From contig NIVC01003030.1 of assembly GCA_002269645.1 (NCBI GenBank), forward strand, positions 1-64,000: 64,000 nt of DNA. The letters are read 5' to 3'. The translations under genes and the position numbers were made by a program. The stretch comes from Macrostomum lignano (lineage: Eukaryota). Position 1 is the stretch's first letter. Each line of letters begins with the position of its first letter. Shown here one piece after another: positions 12,050-26,700 of the stretch. Below the pieces are notes generated by a model, which did not search any database, had not been told where the DNA came from, and was given only the letters and a program-made list of their open reading frames with translations.

Positions 12050-14000
12050 GCTAGATGGGCCACTCAGCAAAATTTAGCGTGTAGCCTACTTTCAGTCTAG
12101 TAGTAAGGTAAATAGAAGCATTATATTCTAGGTCAACCTCAGCAGAACCCACCAACCGCGTCCTTTCACCCTAAAAACCCACCCGCTACCCCCCCCCCCC
12201 CAATTTTTGGGATAGCGACGTTTGCCTGCGGGACGTTTGCCAGCCGACGTTTGCCTGCGGGACGTTTGCCAGCCGACATTTGCCAGCCGACGTTTGCCAG
12301 CCGACGTTTGCCAGTGGGACGTTTGCCAGCCGAAGTTTGCCTGCCGGACGTTTGCCAGCCGACGTTTGCCTGCGGGACGTTTGCCAGCCGACATTTGCCA
12401 GCCGACGTTTGCCAGCCGACGTTTGCCAGCGGGACGTTTGCCAGCCGAAGTTTGCCTGCCGGACGTTTGCCTGCCGGATGTTTGCCAGCCGACGTTTGCC
12501 TGCCGGAAGTTTGCCAGCCAAAATTTGCTAGCCAATATAAAGCCAGTCAGTGAAAAATTTGATACTGAAACATTCGCAGTTTAGCGGTTTGACAAAAACC
12601 GTTTTCACTCCAACTTTTTGACGGTCATTCGCATATATACAAGTTTGAAAGCAAAATATATAAATTATGCAGTTCATCAGTCTAACGTCTAATATCTAGT
12701 TTAACAACGATTTTGGCACAACATATCAAAAGATGAACATTGGGTTTGCCTCGTATGAAAGCAATAACAATTGTTGTGCTGAAAAGATGAAAACTTCCTA
12801 TCTCCCTATGGCCTTCAAAACATTTTTCATAGATTTCGAGTGCTGCGTACTTCTACTTTAGTAGTCCTTGGCATGACTAAGCTTTGCATACGTAGTGTCT
12901 AGCGCTTGCTATTCTACTAGCTTGCTACTGGCGGCTTGTCTGGCTATTCAGCTATATAGCTTACTATAAAAACGTACCGCATTCGACTCGTCTACACATG
13001 TACGTTGAGATCGCGGTTTCCTTGCTTACTTGAGTAGTAATACAACAGCATTGGAATCAATTTGCTTACTTTTAGATCTCCCAATGAACTGAGAAATATA
13101 TGAGCCAGAATTACCACTCAGCAGCTCTTTTTGTTTGCTTCATAACTTAATCGCTGGAGATTCCCGTTGTAATCTGCGCGTCTTCTTTCGCACATCAAAA
13201 ATCAAACATCTCAAACTGGGAAAAACGATACACAATTGTCAAAAGTAAACAATATTTTCACATTCAAAGAAAATCGTTGTTAAACTGGATATTAGATGTA
13301 AATCTATATAAATTGCATAACTTATATAGATTTTGCATAAATTTCATAATTTATAGATTTTGCTTTCAAACTTGTATATATGCGAATAACCGTCAAAAAG
13401 TTGGAGTAAAAACGGTTTTTGTCAAACCGCTAAACTGCGAATGTTTCAGTATCAAATTTTTCACTGACTGGCTTTATATTGGCTAGCAAATTTTGGCTGG
13501 CAAACTTCCGGCAGGCAAACGTCGGCTGGCAAATGTCGGCTGGCAAATGTCGGCTGGCAAATGTCGGCTGGCAAATGTCGGCTGGCAAACGTCGGCTGGC
13601 AAACGTCGGCTGGCAAACGTCCCGCAGGCAAACGTCCGGCAGGCAAACTTCGGCTGGCAAACGTCCCGCTGGCAAACGTCGGCTGGCAAACGTCGGCTGG
13701 CAAATGTCGGCTGGCAAACGTCCCGCAGGCAAACGTCGGCTGGCAAACGTCCCGCAGGCAAACGTCGTAGACCCCAATTTTTATGCCTTCCTCGGTGCCT
13801 AAAGCTGCCTGCCATGTATATTTCAGTGGCGCTTGGCAAATAATGTACGTCAGATTACGGCTGCACCCAATGCCTGCAAGTCACTCTAATCTTCTTCCTT
13901 TTTACTCGGATAAAATAGCTTACACATTCTTCCTTACTACTGATCTAAAAGTAGAAGAGAACTAGATTTAATAACTAAGCAAAATATATTTAGGCAAGCC
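12050..14000 (-). mobile_element. Older diverged hAT-like MITE (relative of 14001-14458), split by the 12209-13774 insertion
   Basis: Starts with TIR-like CTAGATGGGCCACTCAGCA. Segments 12150-12208 and 13775-13960 match the reverse complement of the interior of 33669-34116. Removing the insert and one TSD restores CCCCAATTTTTATGCC. Confidence 0.6.
12209..13774. mobile_element. 1566-bp non-autonomous foldback DNA transposon with ~500-bp TIRs containing 14-bp arrays; 8-bp TSD CAATTTTT
   Basis: Arms ~12209-12705 and ~13274-13774 are reverse complements. Termini GGGATAGCGACGTTTGCC / GGCAAACGTCGTAGACCC. TSD at 12201-12208 and 13775-13782. No transposase ORF. Confidence 0.85.
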
Positions 14001-14458
14001 CACAGAAACTAAAATAACTAGATGGGCCACTTAGGCATTTATACTTAGTAAAACAGCTTTCTACTTCAGTTCAGTAGCAAAGAAGAATACATAAGCTATT
14101 TTTATAAAAAAAGGCAACTGAAATGACTGATAATTGTTTACGAGTAGAAGCCCAAGCTTGCAGGCGTAAACAACTTGCTAATTGGTTCAGCAATAATGTA
14201 CATTAGCCACTGAAATGTACATGGCAGCTTTGAGCTGGAATTCCGAGAAAGGCAATAAAAATATTTGGGGTGGGGCGGGGGTATAGTGGAAAAGACGTTG
14301 CTTGGAGATGTTTAAGGCTGGGGGATAAGAGCCAATAAATGAGCCCTGGCTTTAAAAATAAATGGTATATATTTGCTTCTGTTTAACTTACTACTGAACT
14401 GGAAGTAGCTTACACGCAAATGTGCTGAGTGGCCCATCTAGTTATTCCAGTATTTGTG
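14001..14458 (+). mobile_element. hAT-like MITE, copy 1
   Basis: TIRs CACAGAAACTAAAATAACTAGATGGGCCAC / GTGGCCCATCTAGTTATTCCAGTATTTGTG. Degenerate TSD GGCAAGCC / GGTAAAGC. Closely similar to 33669-34116. Confidence 0.75.
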
Positions 14459-14510
14459 GGTAAAGCCTAAAACGATAGTAAACCTGGATACAGAGTAGAA
14501 TTTTTTGCTC

Positions 14511-16208
14511 CTAGTAATCAGTAATTTTTGAAAATTCTGAGCCCATATTGAGTTCACAGTTTCTAATTAGTCGGCTTCTACTTATGCTACCATTAGTAGT
14601 ACTAGTGGTAGTTGACGCAAGGTTGCCCCCTAAGGATTGGCCGGATCCGCTGAATGCAACAAATCCTTTGGAGAGCTGTTGCTGTTGCTGCTTCTGCTCC
14701 GCGTCAGTGGCGGCAGCAGGAGCAAGTAAACGACGATGCTGCGGGTAGTTCAGTGTGCCCCAGTTATAATTAAAGTTAGGACGGCCGCGCTCATGAACAG
14801 CTGTGGCGCCTGTTGCTGTACTGCCGTCGCGTCTGATATCCACTGTGGAAACCGTGGAACCCGAGATTGAGCCTTCCGAATGTTCTGTCCCCTGTTCGGC
14901 ATTCACTAGGCTCTCGACCTCATCGGAGGACTCATCCGAAGGCGTTTCAGAGACATCAAATTCAACTGCCAGATCGCAGTCAATGATGCAGACAGAGGAA
15001 GCCGGGCGAACATCGACAACGCTGAGACGGTAGCGTCGGCCGTTCAGCTTCAAGTCGATCTCGTCACCAATGCTGAGGCAGATGAAATCGCGAAGGCGAT
15101 TCTCCAGAACAGCCTGGTTGGAGTGATAATCATGGGGAGGAGGGGCGGATTGGAGTGATAATCGTGGGGAGGAGGGGCGGATTGGAGTGATAATTATGGG
15201 GAGGAGGGGCGGATTGGTGTGATAATTATGTGTAGGAGGGGCGGATTGGAGTGATAATTATGTGTAGGAGGGGCGGATTGGAGTGATAATCATGTGGAGG
15301 AGGGGCGGATTGGAGTGATAATTATGTGTAGGAGGGGCGGATTGGAGTGATAATTATGTGTAGGAGGGGCGGATTGGAGTGATAATCATGTGGAGGAGGG
15401 GCAGATTGGAGTGATAATCATGTGGAGGAGGGGCGGATTGGAGTGATAATTATGGGGAGGAGGGGCGGATTGGAGTGATAATTATGGGGAGGAGGGGCGG
15501 ATTGGAGTGATAATTATGGGGAGGAGGGGCGGATTGGAGTGATAATTATGGGGAGGAGGGGCGGATTGGAGTGATAATTATGGGGAGGAGGGGCGGATTG
15601 GAGTGATAATTATGGGGAGGAGGGGCGGATTGGAGTGATAATCATGAGGAGGGTGGATTAGAGTGATAATAATGGGCAGGAGGGACGGATGGGGTGATAA
15701 TCATGGACCAGCCCATGCGCCAATCCAATACAATATGCACCTTTGGATCGTCAACTTCGGCAAGAAAGTCTCCAAATTCTGGCCGACCACTCCAAGGCCT
15801 CAGCCGGGCAAAAGTACCCAGCGGCGGGCGCCGGTCTGGCGGCAGAGCGGACACCTGTACAATGCTGCCCTCGCCGCTGCCGCCGCCGCTATCATGAAGT
15901 CCCAGCCGACGCAACAGCCAGTCCGGCACGAGTACGACGCCCTCCGGAGCTGTGAACTCGTGCACCCCGACCAGAGCCGAGTGGCCATTGTAGCTTACAT
16001 TGAAAATCATTGGCCCGCTGCCACTAGCCGAAGCCACTGACATGTCGCGCAGGGCCGACTGTGGCAGCAGAACGTGGCCACCTTGGCGCAGAGTGTCCCT
16101 AGCTTGATCGGAGCCTTCGTGCATGTCGAAGGAGTAGCAGCGATAGCTGTTGGAGAAGTCCTCGACTGGCGGTGCTTCACCAAATAGATGGCTAAACACA
16201 GTGTTCAT
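14511..16208 (-). CDS. UFD1: UFD1-like ubiquitin fusion degradation protein (p97/VCP adaptor), 2 exons (16208-15741, 15113-14511)
   Basis: YRCYS..GGHVLLPQSAL..GVHEFTAPEGVVLVPDW..DDPK|AVLENRLRDF..CIIDCDLAVEFD matches the UFD1 UT3 domain. C-terminal RGRPNFNY and SHP box FVAFSGSGQSL. Phase-0 intron AAG|GTGCAT...CAACCAG|GCT. Confidence 0.88.
15135..15655. repeat. 32-bp minisatellite filling the UFD1 intron
   Basis: Unit GGATTGGAGTGATAATTATGGGGAGGAGGGGC, about 16 copies. Confidence 0.95.
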
Positions 16209-17715
16209 GGTGGCCTCTTCAATGAAATAGTAATACTGTATTTATTTTGCCTCTTCTGTTGGCAGCCCCAACTGGGCGCCAGGTTGTTGTTGACTGCTCA
16301 CTCTTTATGATTAGTTTCTTGGCCAGCTTTAACTCTGGACTAATAAATTAAGCATGAATAGAATCATTCGACTCATAATTAATAAAAATGACAGAAGTCC
16401 CTAAGAATTTGAAAACGAAATATTAAGATTTTCAACCTTTATGCTAAAAATAAAATGATTAATTTACATCGATTTTGACAAATTATTTGTTGATAGGGCT
16501 AGTTAAATTGAATTATAATAAAGAATCGAATTGCCTAAAAGAGCACATTTAATTTTTAATAGAGATATATTCGAGCATTTTGGATAGATATCACAGTTGA
16601 GATTTGATTTAAACTTTAAAGGATAATAGGAAAAAGCAAAATATAACATAAGAAACTTGCATAATATGAATCATAATATAATGATGTTTAAGCAGAAAAG
16701 ACTAATCCTTTTAAATCTTGATGATTCGAATTATTCTGTAATTAAGTCAGATAAGCACGAGTCAAGGTCATAAAAAATCTTGCACGAGTTAGGATTTACT
16801 CTTAGTCTTAGTCAATAGCAAGTAAAAAGCTTTGATTTATATAAATCTAGTCAGTTGAATAATATTTCAATGAATAATATAGTATAGTGTAGGGCATAGT
16901 TACTTTGAATTTTTAACAATAAAAATATTACTTGATGATTTTTACTAATAGATTAGATCATTTTATGGATTGCTTAGTCTTACTCTTAATCTTATAGAGT
17001 TATACTAAATGTATAGTAGTATTGTAAGGAAAGTATTAGCATAAGGCGTCAAACCCAAGGGGTTATCTAAAAACGAAAACGAAAGTAAAACGTCTACAAC
17101 ACACGAATGAGCGGAATCTGTAAGTCAAAAGTTGCTTATGTAAGTCTCAGTGGCTCTTCGTACTGAAATAAGGCACTAACTAAATCACAGGCTTAAAAAT
17201 CGGTGAGCTCAATATGCCACGAAACAAGGAACAAAAAATCGCGGACTTTTTTGTCATCGTGCTAAAACATAAAAACAAAACTTTCTTACTTATACTATAA
17301 GATTGTAAGTATAACATATTAAGTTAAAAATTTAGTTGTTCAGTTCTTTATTATGAAAAAATTGAGCATTTTTTCTTCTAATGTTGCTACAAAACGAGTA
17401 GGCTTATAGTTTAAATAAGTATGTTCTGCCATTTTTTCTGCACGCTGCTGCTGCCAGAACCAGATCCACATCCAACTCGAACGAACACTAACAACCAACA
17501 AATTATTCTGAATATATTAAAGAGTAAACTTTCAGTGCTATTCCATCTATATAGTCTATTTACTGCTGGTACAATTTTTACATAAGTTGCCATTGTTTTG
17601 ATATTGTCTTCTTTCTTGGATCACTTCGTTTATCTTCGTTCGTCTCGAAGTCAAATATACTAGATTTGATAAATCATATTTTAGTTTGTTACAGAAATTA
17701 GCTTACTCAGCAGAC

Positions 17716-20700
17716 ATGAAAATCAAAGGTAAGAAAAAGCGCAGAACGTATTTGGCCACTTCTTTTTCATTTTTACTTATTTTGTGTCTCTTTACTTAAT
17801 TTCGAATTTTATGTTGCTAATATCTAAATAAGTAAAGTTTTTTTTTAATTACTATTTTAGGTGGAGCAGTTGTAGAAATTCAAGGTGATGAAATGACAAG
17901 GTAAGTTTAAATTCAAGAAAATGCATTGCAATTTTTCTTAAGTAGTGAATATATTCTCTTCTTTTATATCCTTTTTATTACTTGCCAATCCATTATATAG
18001 CAACTCCCTATGAAATAGTTGCTATCAACAATAACTACCAAATCTATACCTATCTTTATATCGTTATTGCCATTGGTAAATTTACTTAAACCTAAGCCTA
18101 GTTAGAATTGGAATTAAAACAATATTTTAATGTTTTCTTAAATTTTTTATAACAACTACATTTTCTTCAAATTTGATGCTATTTTTAATTTAGGATCATC
18201 TGGGATCTCATCAAAGAGAAGCTGATTTTACCATTTGTTGATTTGGATATTCACTTTTTTGACCTTGGAATACAGAATCGCGATGCCACCAATGATCAGG
18301 GTAAGCTTGATAGTGCACTTGCTCATTAATTGCTCATTAATATTGATTTTTTTACAATGACTTTACTTTACTTAAAATGAACCTACACCAACATACTCTT
18401 AGTGACTGTGGACTGTGCCTATGCCATCATGCAGCACAATGTTGGCATCAAGTGCGCCACCATCACGCCAGACGAGCAGCGGGTGTCCGAGTTTGGCCTG
18501 AAGCAGATGTGGCGCAGTCCTAATGGCACCATTCGTAACATCCTAGGCGGTACAGTGTTTCGCGAAGCCATTATCTGCCGCAATGTGCCCCGCCTAGTGC
18601 CTGGCTGGTCCAAGTCGATCGTGATTGGTCGGCACGCCTTCGGCGATCAGTACAAGGCGACGGATTTTGTGGTGCCCGGGCCGGGCAAGCTGGAGATCAA
18701 ATGGACACCGGATGTGCCAGATCAGGCGCCAATCCAGCACCAGGTGTTCCACTTCACCAACCCAGGCGTCGCCCTGGCCATGTACAACACTGATGCCAGT
18801 ATCAAGGACTTCGCTCAGAGCTCGTTCCGGCTTGCCCTGGACAAGAAGTGGCCGCTGTACCTCAGGTATGCAAGGATATTCGGGCTCATGGGCAAGGATA
18901 TTCGGGCTCATGAGCAGGGATATTCGGGCTCATGGGCAAGGATATTCGGGTTGTATTCGGGCTCATGAGCAGGGAGATTCGGATTCATGGGCAAGGATAT
19001 TCGGGCTCATGGTCAAGGATATTCGGGCTCATGGACAAGGATATTCGGGTTGTATTCGGGCTCATGAGCAAGGATATTCGGGTTCATGGGAAAGGATATT
19101 CAGGCTTATGGGCAAGGATATTGGGGTTGTGCACGAGGATATTGGATATTTTCAGGCACGTGTAATGCAATGACATTGGCAGAGTTTTTTGTTACGAATC
19201 TTTTAGAAACTAAAAACTCTACAGGGAAGGTTCAGAAGGCATCTGTGACTTTGGAAAATTCTTTCTTAAAAATTTTCAAGATGCCCAGTCGTCACTTGAC
19301 TATACCCTTATTATGAGTAGTTGAGATCTCGAGCATCGGTTTTCTGCTAAGCTCTTCTGGTTAGCTATGTAGTTGAATAGGTAGGTGTGGTTGCTTAAGC
19401 TCGGGAGCAAAGGGTAAAAAAACAAAAATCAAGCTAGAGTTCGGTCCAATGGACACCATACAGACTGTTAATAGCTAGTACAGTACCACGGAACGCTCTC
19501 GGACCCTGCCTTTGCCCCCCTTTTCTTTGATAAGATAAAGGTGGAAACTGTAACATGGTGTTGCGGTATAAACTGTCACATTTCATTCTTTAGGAAAATT
19601 ACTTGCCAAGATTATTATAGAAACTCTTGGGTGGAGTCGCGGGGTAAAGTGGCCACCCAGGGGGGGGGGGTTAGCGGAGATTTCCACCAGACTTAACGCG
19701 CCTTGAATGCAAAGTCTAAGCAGATCTAGTTGCGCGAAATTTGCGTGGCCCAAGTTAGTATTTGCACATGCGCAATGGAATATTGATATGTTACACATCG
19801 TAAGATATGTGGAAAGTTTTAGATATAATACTCGTATGTCTATTGTTGGGTAATAATTTAGTTTGGTGAATCGCACAGCTCATTTTGGAGATCATGGGCC
19901 TCATTGAGAAGGTTTTGGGACGTTGGGGTGTTACTGGAGAGTTCGAGGGACTTTGATGTGATATTAGATATCATATAATGTGATATCGTACTGAGGTCAG
20001 GGGACTTCAGTGTTATATTAGGGAGAGGTCAAGGGACCTCCACATCTTTTTGAGGTCAGAGTATCGCGTGTCTTACTAGGAAGGTCAAGGGACCTTTGTG
20101 TCTTACTGGGAAGGTCAAGGGACCTCAGTGTCTTACTGGGGAGGTCAAGGGACCTCTGGGTCTTACTGGGGAAATCATAAGATGCTTATCGAGAAACAAA
20201 TTGCTCCAACCATTCTAACAGCACCAAGAACACCATCTTAAAGAAATACGACGGCCGATTCAAAGACATTTTCCAAGAAGTGTACCAGGCCGAGTACAAG
20301 GCTGCATACGAGGCCGCCGGCATCTGGTACGAGCATCGCCTCATCGACGACATGGTGGCCTACGCCATGAAGTCCGAGGGCGGCTTCGTTTGGGCCTGTA
20401 AAAACTACGACGGCGACGTGCAGAGCGACTCCATCGCGCAGGGCTTCGGCTCCCTGGGCCTGATGACCTCCGTGCTAGTCTGCCCCGACGGCAAGACCAT
20501 CGAGGCCGAGGCTGCCCACGGCACCGTCACCCGGCACTATCGGATGCACCAGCGCGGCGAGGAGACTTCCACTAATCCCATTGCCAGCATCTTCGCCTGG
20601 ACTCGGGGCCTGGCGCACCGGGCCAAGCTGGATAGCAACGCCGCCCTGGCGCACTTCTGCCAGACTCTGGAGCGGGTCTGCATCGAGACGATCGAAGCCG

Positions 20701-23700
20701 GTCACATGACCAAAGATCTGGCGCTATGCGTCAAGGGGTCCGGGTGAGTGGCGCCGTTATTTGAGCGCGATTAATTAGATTGATATACATTAGATATAGA
20801 AGTAAGGTATTATAGATAGGACTAACAGACAGACAATCGATATAGATTAAGGCATTAAGACCAGATACTGAGATTTAAATAGAAATTGAAATATAGGACA
20901 GATATAAAGACGGGTACTGAGACGGACGCTGAGATAGACATTGATAGATAGAACGATGTCCCCATCCCTAAGGGCGCTGAGACACTGATCGAGTGTCTTG
21001 TGTCATATCTCGGACACTGAGACAGGCATAGACGGAAACTGCGATGGATACCGAGACTGACACTGAGACTAAGGTGGACACTAGGATTGGCACTAAGTCA
21101 GACACTGAGACGGACACTAAGACGCACTGAGACGGACACCAAGACAGACACTGAGACGGACACTAAGACAGACACTGAGACGGACACTAAGACACACTGA
21201 GACTGACACTGAGACTAAGGTGGACACTAGGATTGGCACTAAGTCAGACACTGAGACGGACACTAAGACGCACTGAGACGGACACCAAGACAGACACTGA
21301 GACGGACACTAAGACAGACACTGAGACGGACACTAAGACACACTGAGACTGACACTGAGACTAAGGTGGACACTAGGATTGGCACTAAGTCAGACACTGA
21401 GACGGACACTAAGACGCACTGAGACGGACACCAAGACAGACACTGAGACGGACACTAAGACAGACACTGAGACGGACACTAAGACAGACACTGAGACGGA
21501 CACCAAGACAGACACTGAGACGGACACTAAGACAGACACTGAGACGGACACTAAGACAGACACTGAGACGGACACTAAGACAGACACTGAGACGGACACT
21601 AAGACAGACACTGAGACGGACACTAAGACAGACACTGAGACGGACACCAAGACAGACACTGAGACGGACACTGAGACGGACACTGAGACGGACACTAAGA
21701 CGCACTGAGACGGACACCAAGACGCACTGAGACGGACACTAAGACAGACACTGAGACGGACACTAAGACAGACACTGAGACGGACACTAAGACAGACACT
21801 GAGACGGACACCAAGACAGACACTGAGACGGACACCAAGACAGACACTGAGACGGACACCAAGACAGACACTGAGACGGACACTAAGACAGACACTGAGA
21901 CGGACACTAAGACAGACACGGAGACGGACACTAAGACAGACACTGAGACGGACACCAAGACAGACACTGAGACGGACACTAAGACAGACACTGAGACGGA
22001 CACCAAGACAGACACTGAGACGGACACTAAGACAGACACTGAGACGGACACTAAGACAGACACTGAGACGGACACTAAGACAGACACTGAGACGGACACC
22101 AAGACAGACACTGAGACGGACACTAAGACAGACACTGAGACGGACACTAAGACGGACACTAAGACGCACTGAGACGGACACTAAGTCAGACACTGAGACG
22201 GACACCAAGACACACTGAGACGGACACTGAGACAGACACTGAGACGGACACTAAGACAGACACTGAGACGGACACTAAGACAGACACTGAGACGGACACT
22301 AAGACAGACACTGAGACGGACACTAAGACAGACACTGAGACGGACACCAAGACAGACACTGAGACGGACACTGAGACGGACACTGAGACGGACACTAAGA
22401 CGCACTGAGACGGACACCAAGACGCACTGAGACGGACACTAAGACAGACACTGAGACGGACACTAAGACAGACACTGAGACGGACACCAAGACAGACACT
22501 GAGACGGACACTGAGACGGACACTGAGACGGACACTAAGACGCACTGAGACGGACACCAAGACGCACTGAGACGGACACTAAGACAGACACTGAGACGGA
22601 CACTAAGACAGACACTGAGACGGACACTAAGACAGACACTGAGACGGACACCAAGACAGACACTGAGACGGACACCAAGACAGACACTGAGACGGACACC
22701 AAGACAGACACTGAGACGGACACTAAGACAGACACTGAGACGGACACTAAGACAGACACTGAGACGGACACTAAGACAGACACTGAGACGGACACCAAGA
22801 CAGACACTGAGACGGACACTAAGACAGACACTGAGACGGACACTAAGACGGACACTAAGACGCACTGAGACGGACACCAAGACGCACTGAGACGGACACT
22901 AAGACGGACACTAAGACACACTGAGACGGACACTAAGTCAGACACTGAGACGGACACCAAGACAGACACTGAGACGGACACCAAGACAGACACTGAGACG
23001 GAACTAAGACAGACACTGAGACGGACACTAAGACAGACACTGAGACGGACACTAAGACAGACACTGAGACGGACACTAAGACAGACACTGAGACGGACAC
23101 TAAGACAGACACTGAGACGGACACCAAGACAGACACTGAGACGGACACTAAGACAGACACTGAGACGGACACTAAGACGCACTGAGACGGACACCAAGAC
23201 GCACTGAGACGGACACTAAGACGGACACTAAGACAGACACTGAGACGGACACCAAGACAGACACTGAGACGGACACTAAGACAGACACTGAGACGGACAC
23301 CAAGACAGACACTGAGACGGACACTAAGACAGACACTGAGACGGACACTAAGACGCACTGAGACGGACACCAAGACGCACTGAGACGGACACTAAGACGG
23401 ACACTAAGACAGACACTGAGACGGACACCAAGACAGACACTGAGACGGACACCAAGACAGACACTGAGACGGACACTAAGACAGACACTGAGACGGACAC
23501 TAAGACAGACACTGAGACGGACACTAAGACGCACTGAGACGGACACCAAGACAGACACTGAGACGGACACCAAGACAGACACTGAGACGGACACCAAGAC
23601 AGACACTGAGACGGACACTAAGACGCACTGAGACGGACACCAAGACGCACTGAGACGGACACTAAGACGGACACCAAGACAGACACTGAGACGGACACCA

Positions 23701-26700
23701 AGACAGACACTGAGACGGACACTAAGACAGACACTGAGACGGACACTAAGACACACTGAGACTGACACTGAGACTAAGGTGGACACTAGGATTGGCACTA
23801 AGTCAGACACTGAGACGGACACTAAGACGCACTGAGACGGACACCAAGACAGACACTGAGACGGACACTAAGACAGACACTGAGACGGACACTAAGACAG
23901 ACACTGAGACGGACACCAAGACAGACACTGAGACGGACACTAAGACAGACACTGAGACGGACACTAAGACAGACACTGAGACGGACACTAAGACAGACAC
24001 TGAGACGGACACTAAGACAGACACTGAGACGGACACTAAGACAGACACTGAGACGGACACCAAGACAGACACTGAGACGGACACTGAGACGGACACTGAG
24101 ACGGACACTAAGACGCACTGAGACGGACACCAAGACGCACTGAGACGGACACTAAGACAGACACTGAGACGGACACTAAGACAGACACTGAGACGGACAC
24201 TAAGACAGACACTGAGACGGACACCAAGACAGACACTGAGACGGACACCAAGACAGACACTGAGACGGACACCAAGACAGACACTGAGACGGACACTAAG
24301 ACAGACACTGAGACGGACACTAAGACAGACACGGAGACGGACACTAAGACAGACACTGAGACGGACACCAAGACAGACACTGAGACGGACACTAAGACAG
24401 ACACTGAGACGGACACCAAGACAGACACTGAGACGGACACTAAGACAGACACTGAGACGGACACTAAGACAGACACTGAGACGGACACTAAGACAGACAC
24501 TGAGACGGACACCAAGACAGACACTGAGACGGACACTAAGACAGACACTGAGACGGACACTAAGACGGACACTAAGACGCACTGAGACGGACACTAAGTC
24601 AGACACTGAGACGGACACCAAGACACACTGAGACGGACACTGAGACAGACACTGAGACGGACACTAAGACAGACACTGAGACGGACACTAAGACAGACAC
24701 TGAGACGGACACTAAGACAGACACTGAGACGGACACTAAGACAGACACTGAGACGGACACCAAGACAGACACTGAGACGGACACTGAGACGGACACTGAG
24801 ACGGACACTAAGACGCACTGAGACGGACACCAAGACGCACTGAGACGGACACTAAGACAGACACTGAGACGGACACTAAGACAGACACTGAGACGGACAC
24901 CAAGACAGACACTGAGACGGACACTGAGACGGACACTGAGACGGACACTAAGACGCACTGAGACGGACACCAAGACGCACTGAGACGGACACTAAGACAG
25001 ACACTGAGACGGACACTAAGACAGACACTGAGACGGACACTAAGACAGACACTGAGACGGACACCAAGACAGACACTGAGACGGACACCAAGACAGACAC
25101 TGAGACGGACACCAAGACAGACACTGAGACGGACACTAAGACAGACACTGAGACGGACACTAAGACAGACACTGAGACGGACACTAAGACAGACACTGAG
25201 ACGGACACCAAGACAGACACTGAGACGGACACTAAGACAGACACTGAGACGGACACTAAGACGGACACTAAGACGCACTGAGACGGACACCAAGACGCAC
25301 TGAGACGGACACTAAGACGGACACTAAGACACACTGAGACGGACACTAAGTCAGACACTGAGACGGACACCAAGACAGACACTGAGACGGACACCAAGAC
25401 AGACACTGAGACGGAACTAAGACAGACACTGAGACGGACACTAAGACAGACACTGAGACGGACACTAAGACAGACACTGAGACGGACACTAAGACAGACA
25501 CTGAGACGGACACTAAGACAGACACTGAGACGGACACCAAGACAGACACTGAGACGGACACTAAGACAGACACTGAGACGGACACTAAGACGCACTGAGA
25601 CGGACACCAAGACGCACTGAGACGGACACTAAGACGGACACTAAGACAGACACTGAGACGGACACCAAGACAGACACTGAGACGGACACTAAGACAGACA
25701 CTGAGACGGACACCAAGACAGACACTGAGACGGACACTAAGACAGACACTGAGACGGACACTAAGACGCACTGAGACGGACACCAAGACGCACTGAGACG
25801 GACACTAAGACGGACACTAAGACAGACACTGAGACGGACACCAAGACAGACACTGAGACGGACACCAAGACAGACACTGAGACGGACACTAAGACAGACA
25901 CTGAGACGGACACTAAGACAGACACTGAGACGGACACTAAGACGCACTGAGACGGACACCAAGACAGACACTGAGACGGACACCAAGACAGACACTGAGA
26001 CGGACACCAAGACAGACACTGAGACGGACACTAAGACGCACTGAGACGGACACCAAGACGCACTGAGACGGACACTAAGACGGACACCAAGACAGACACT
26101 GAGACGGACACCAAGACAGACACTGAGACGGACACTAAGACAGACACTGAGACGGACACTAAGACAGACACTGAGACGGACACTAAGACGCACTGAGACG
26201 GACACCAAGACAGACACTGAGACGGACACCAAGACAGACACTGAGACGGACACCAAGACAGACACTGAGACGGACACTAAGACAGACACTGAGACGAACA
26301 CTAAGACAGACACTGAGACGGACACTAAGACACACTGAGACGGACACTGAGACAGACACTGAGACGGACACTAAGACACACTGAGACGGACACTGAGACA
26401 GACACTGAGACGGACACTAAGACACACTGAGACGGACACTGAGACAGACACTGAGACGGACACTAAGACACACTGAGACGGACACTAAGACAGACACTGA
26501 GACGGACACTAAGACAGGCACTGAGACAGACACTAAGACAGACACTGAGACGGACACTAAGACAGACACTGAGACGGACATGAAGATACACACGAAGACA
26601 TGAAGACAGGCGGGCGTGCAGACTAATAAATGTCGCGCCATTTCCCCCCGCACCCGTTCGCAGCGTGCAGCGCAGCGACTATCTGAACACTTTCGAATTC

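Noticed and set aside
17411-17593. Small minus-strand ORF or possible spliced peptide (MATYVKIVPA|CSFELDVDLVLAAAACRKNG..), faintly like the delta-COP N-terminus
   Set aside because: Stops after fewer than 40 codons with no downstream exons; the similarity is too short to support.
21379-26653. Long VSVSVL / TETDTKTD / CLSVRLSV ORFs
   Set aside because: Translations of a 24-bp satellite lying inside a well-supported IDH1 intron.
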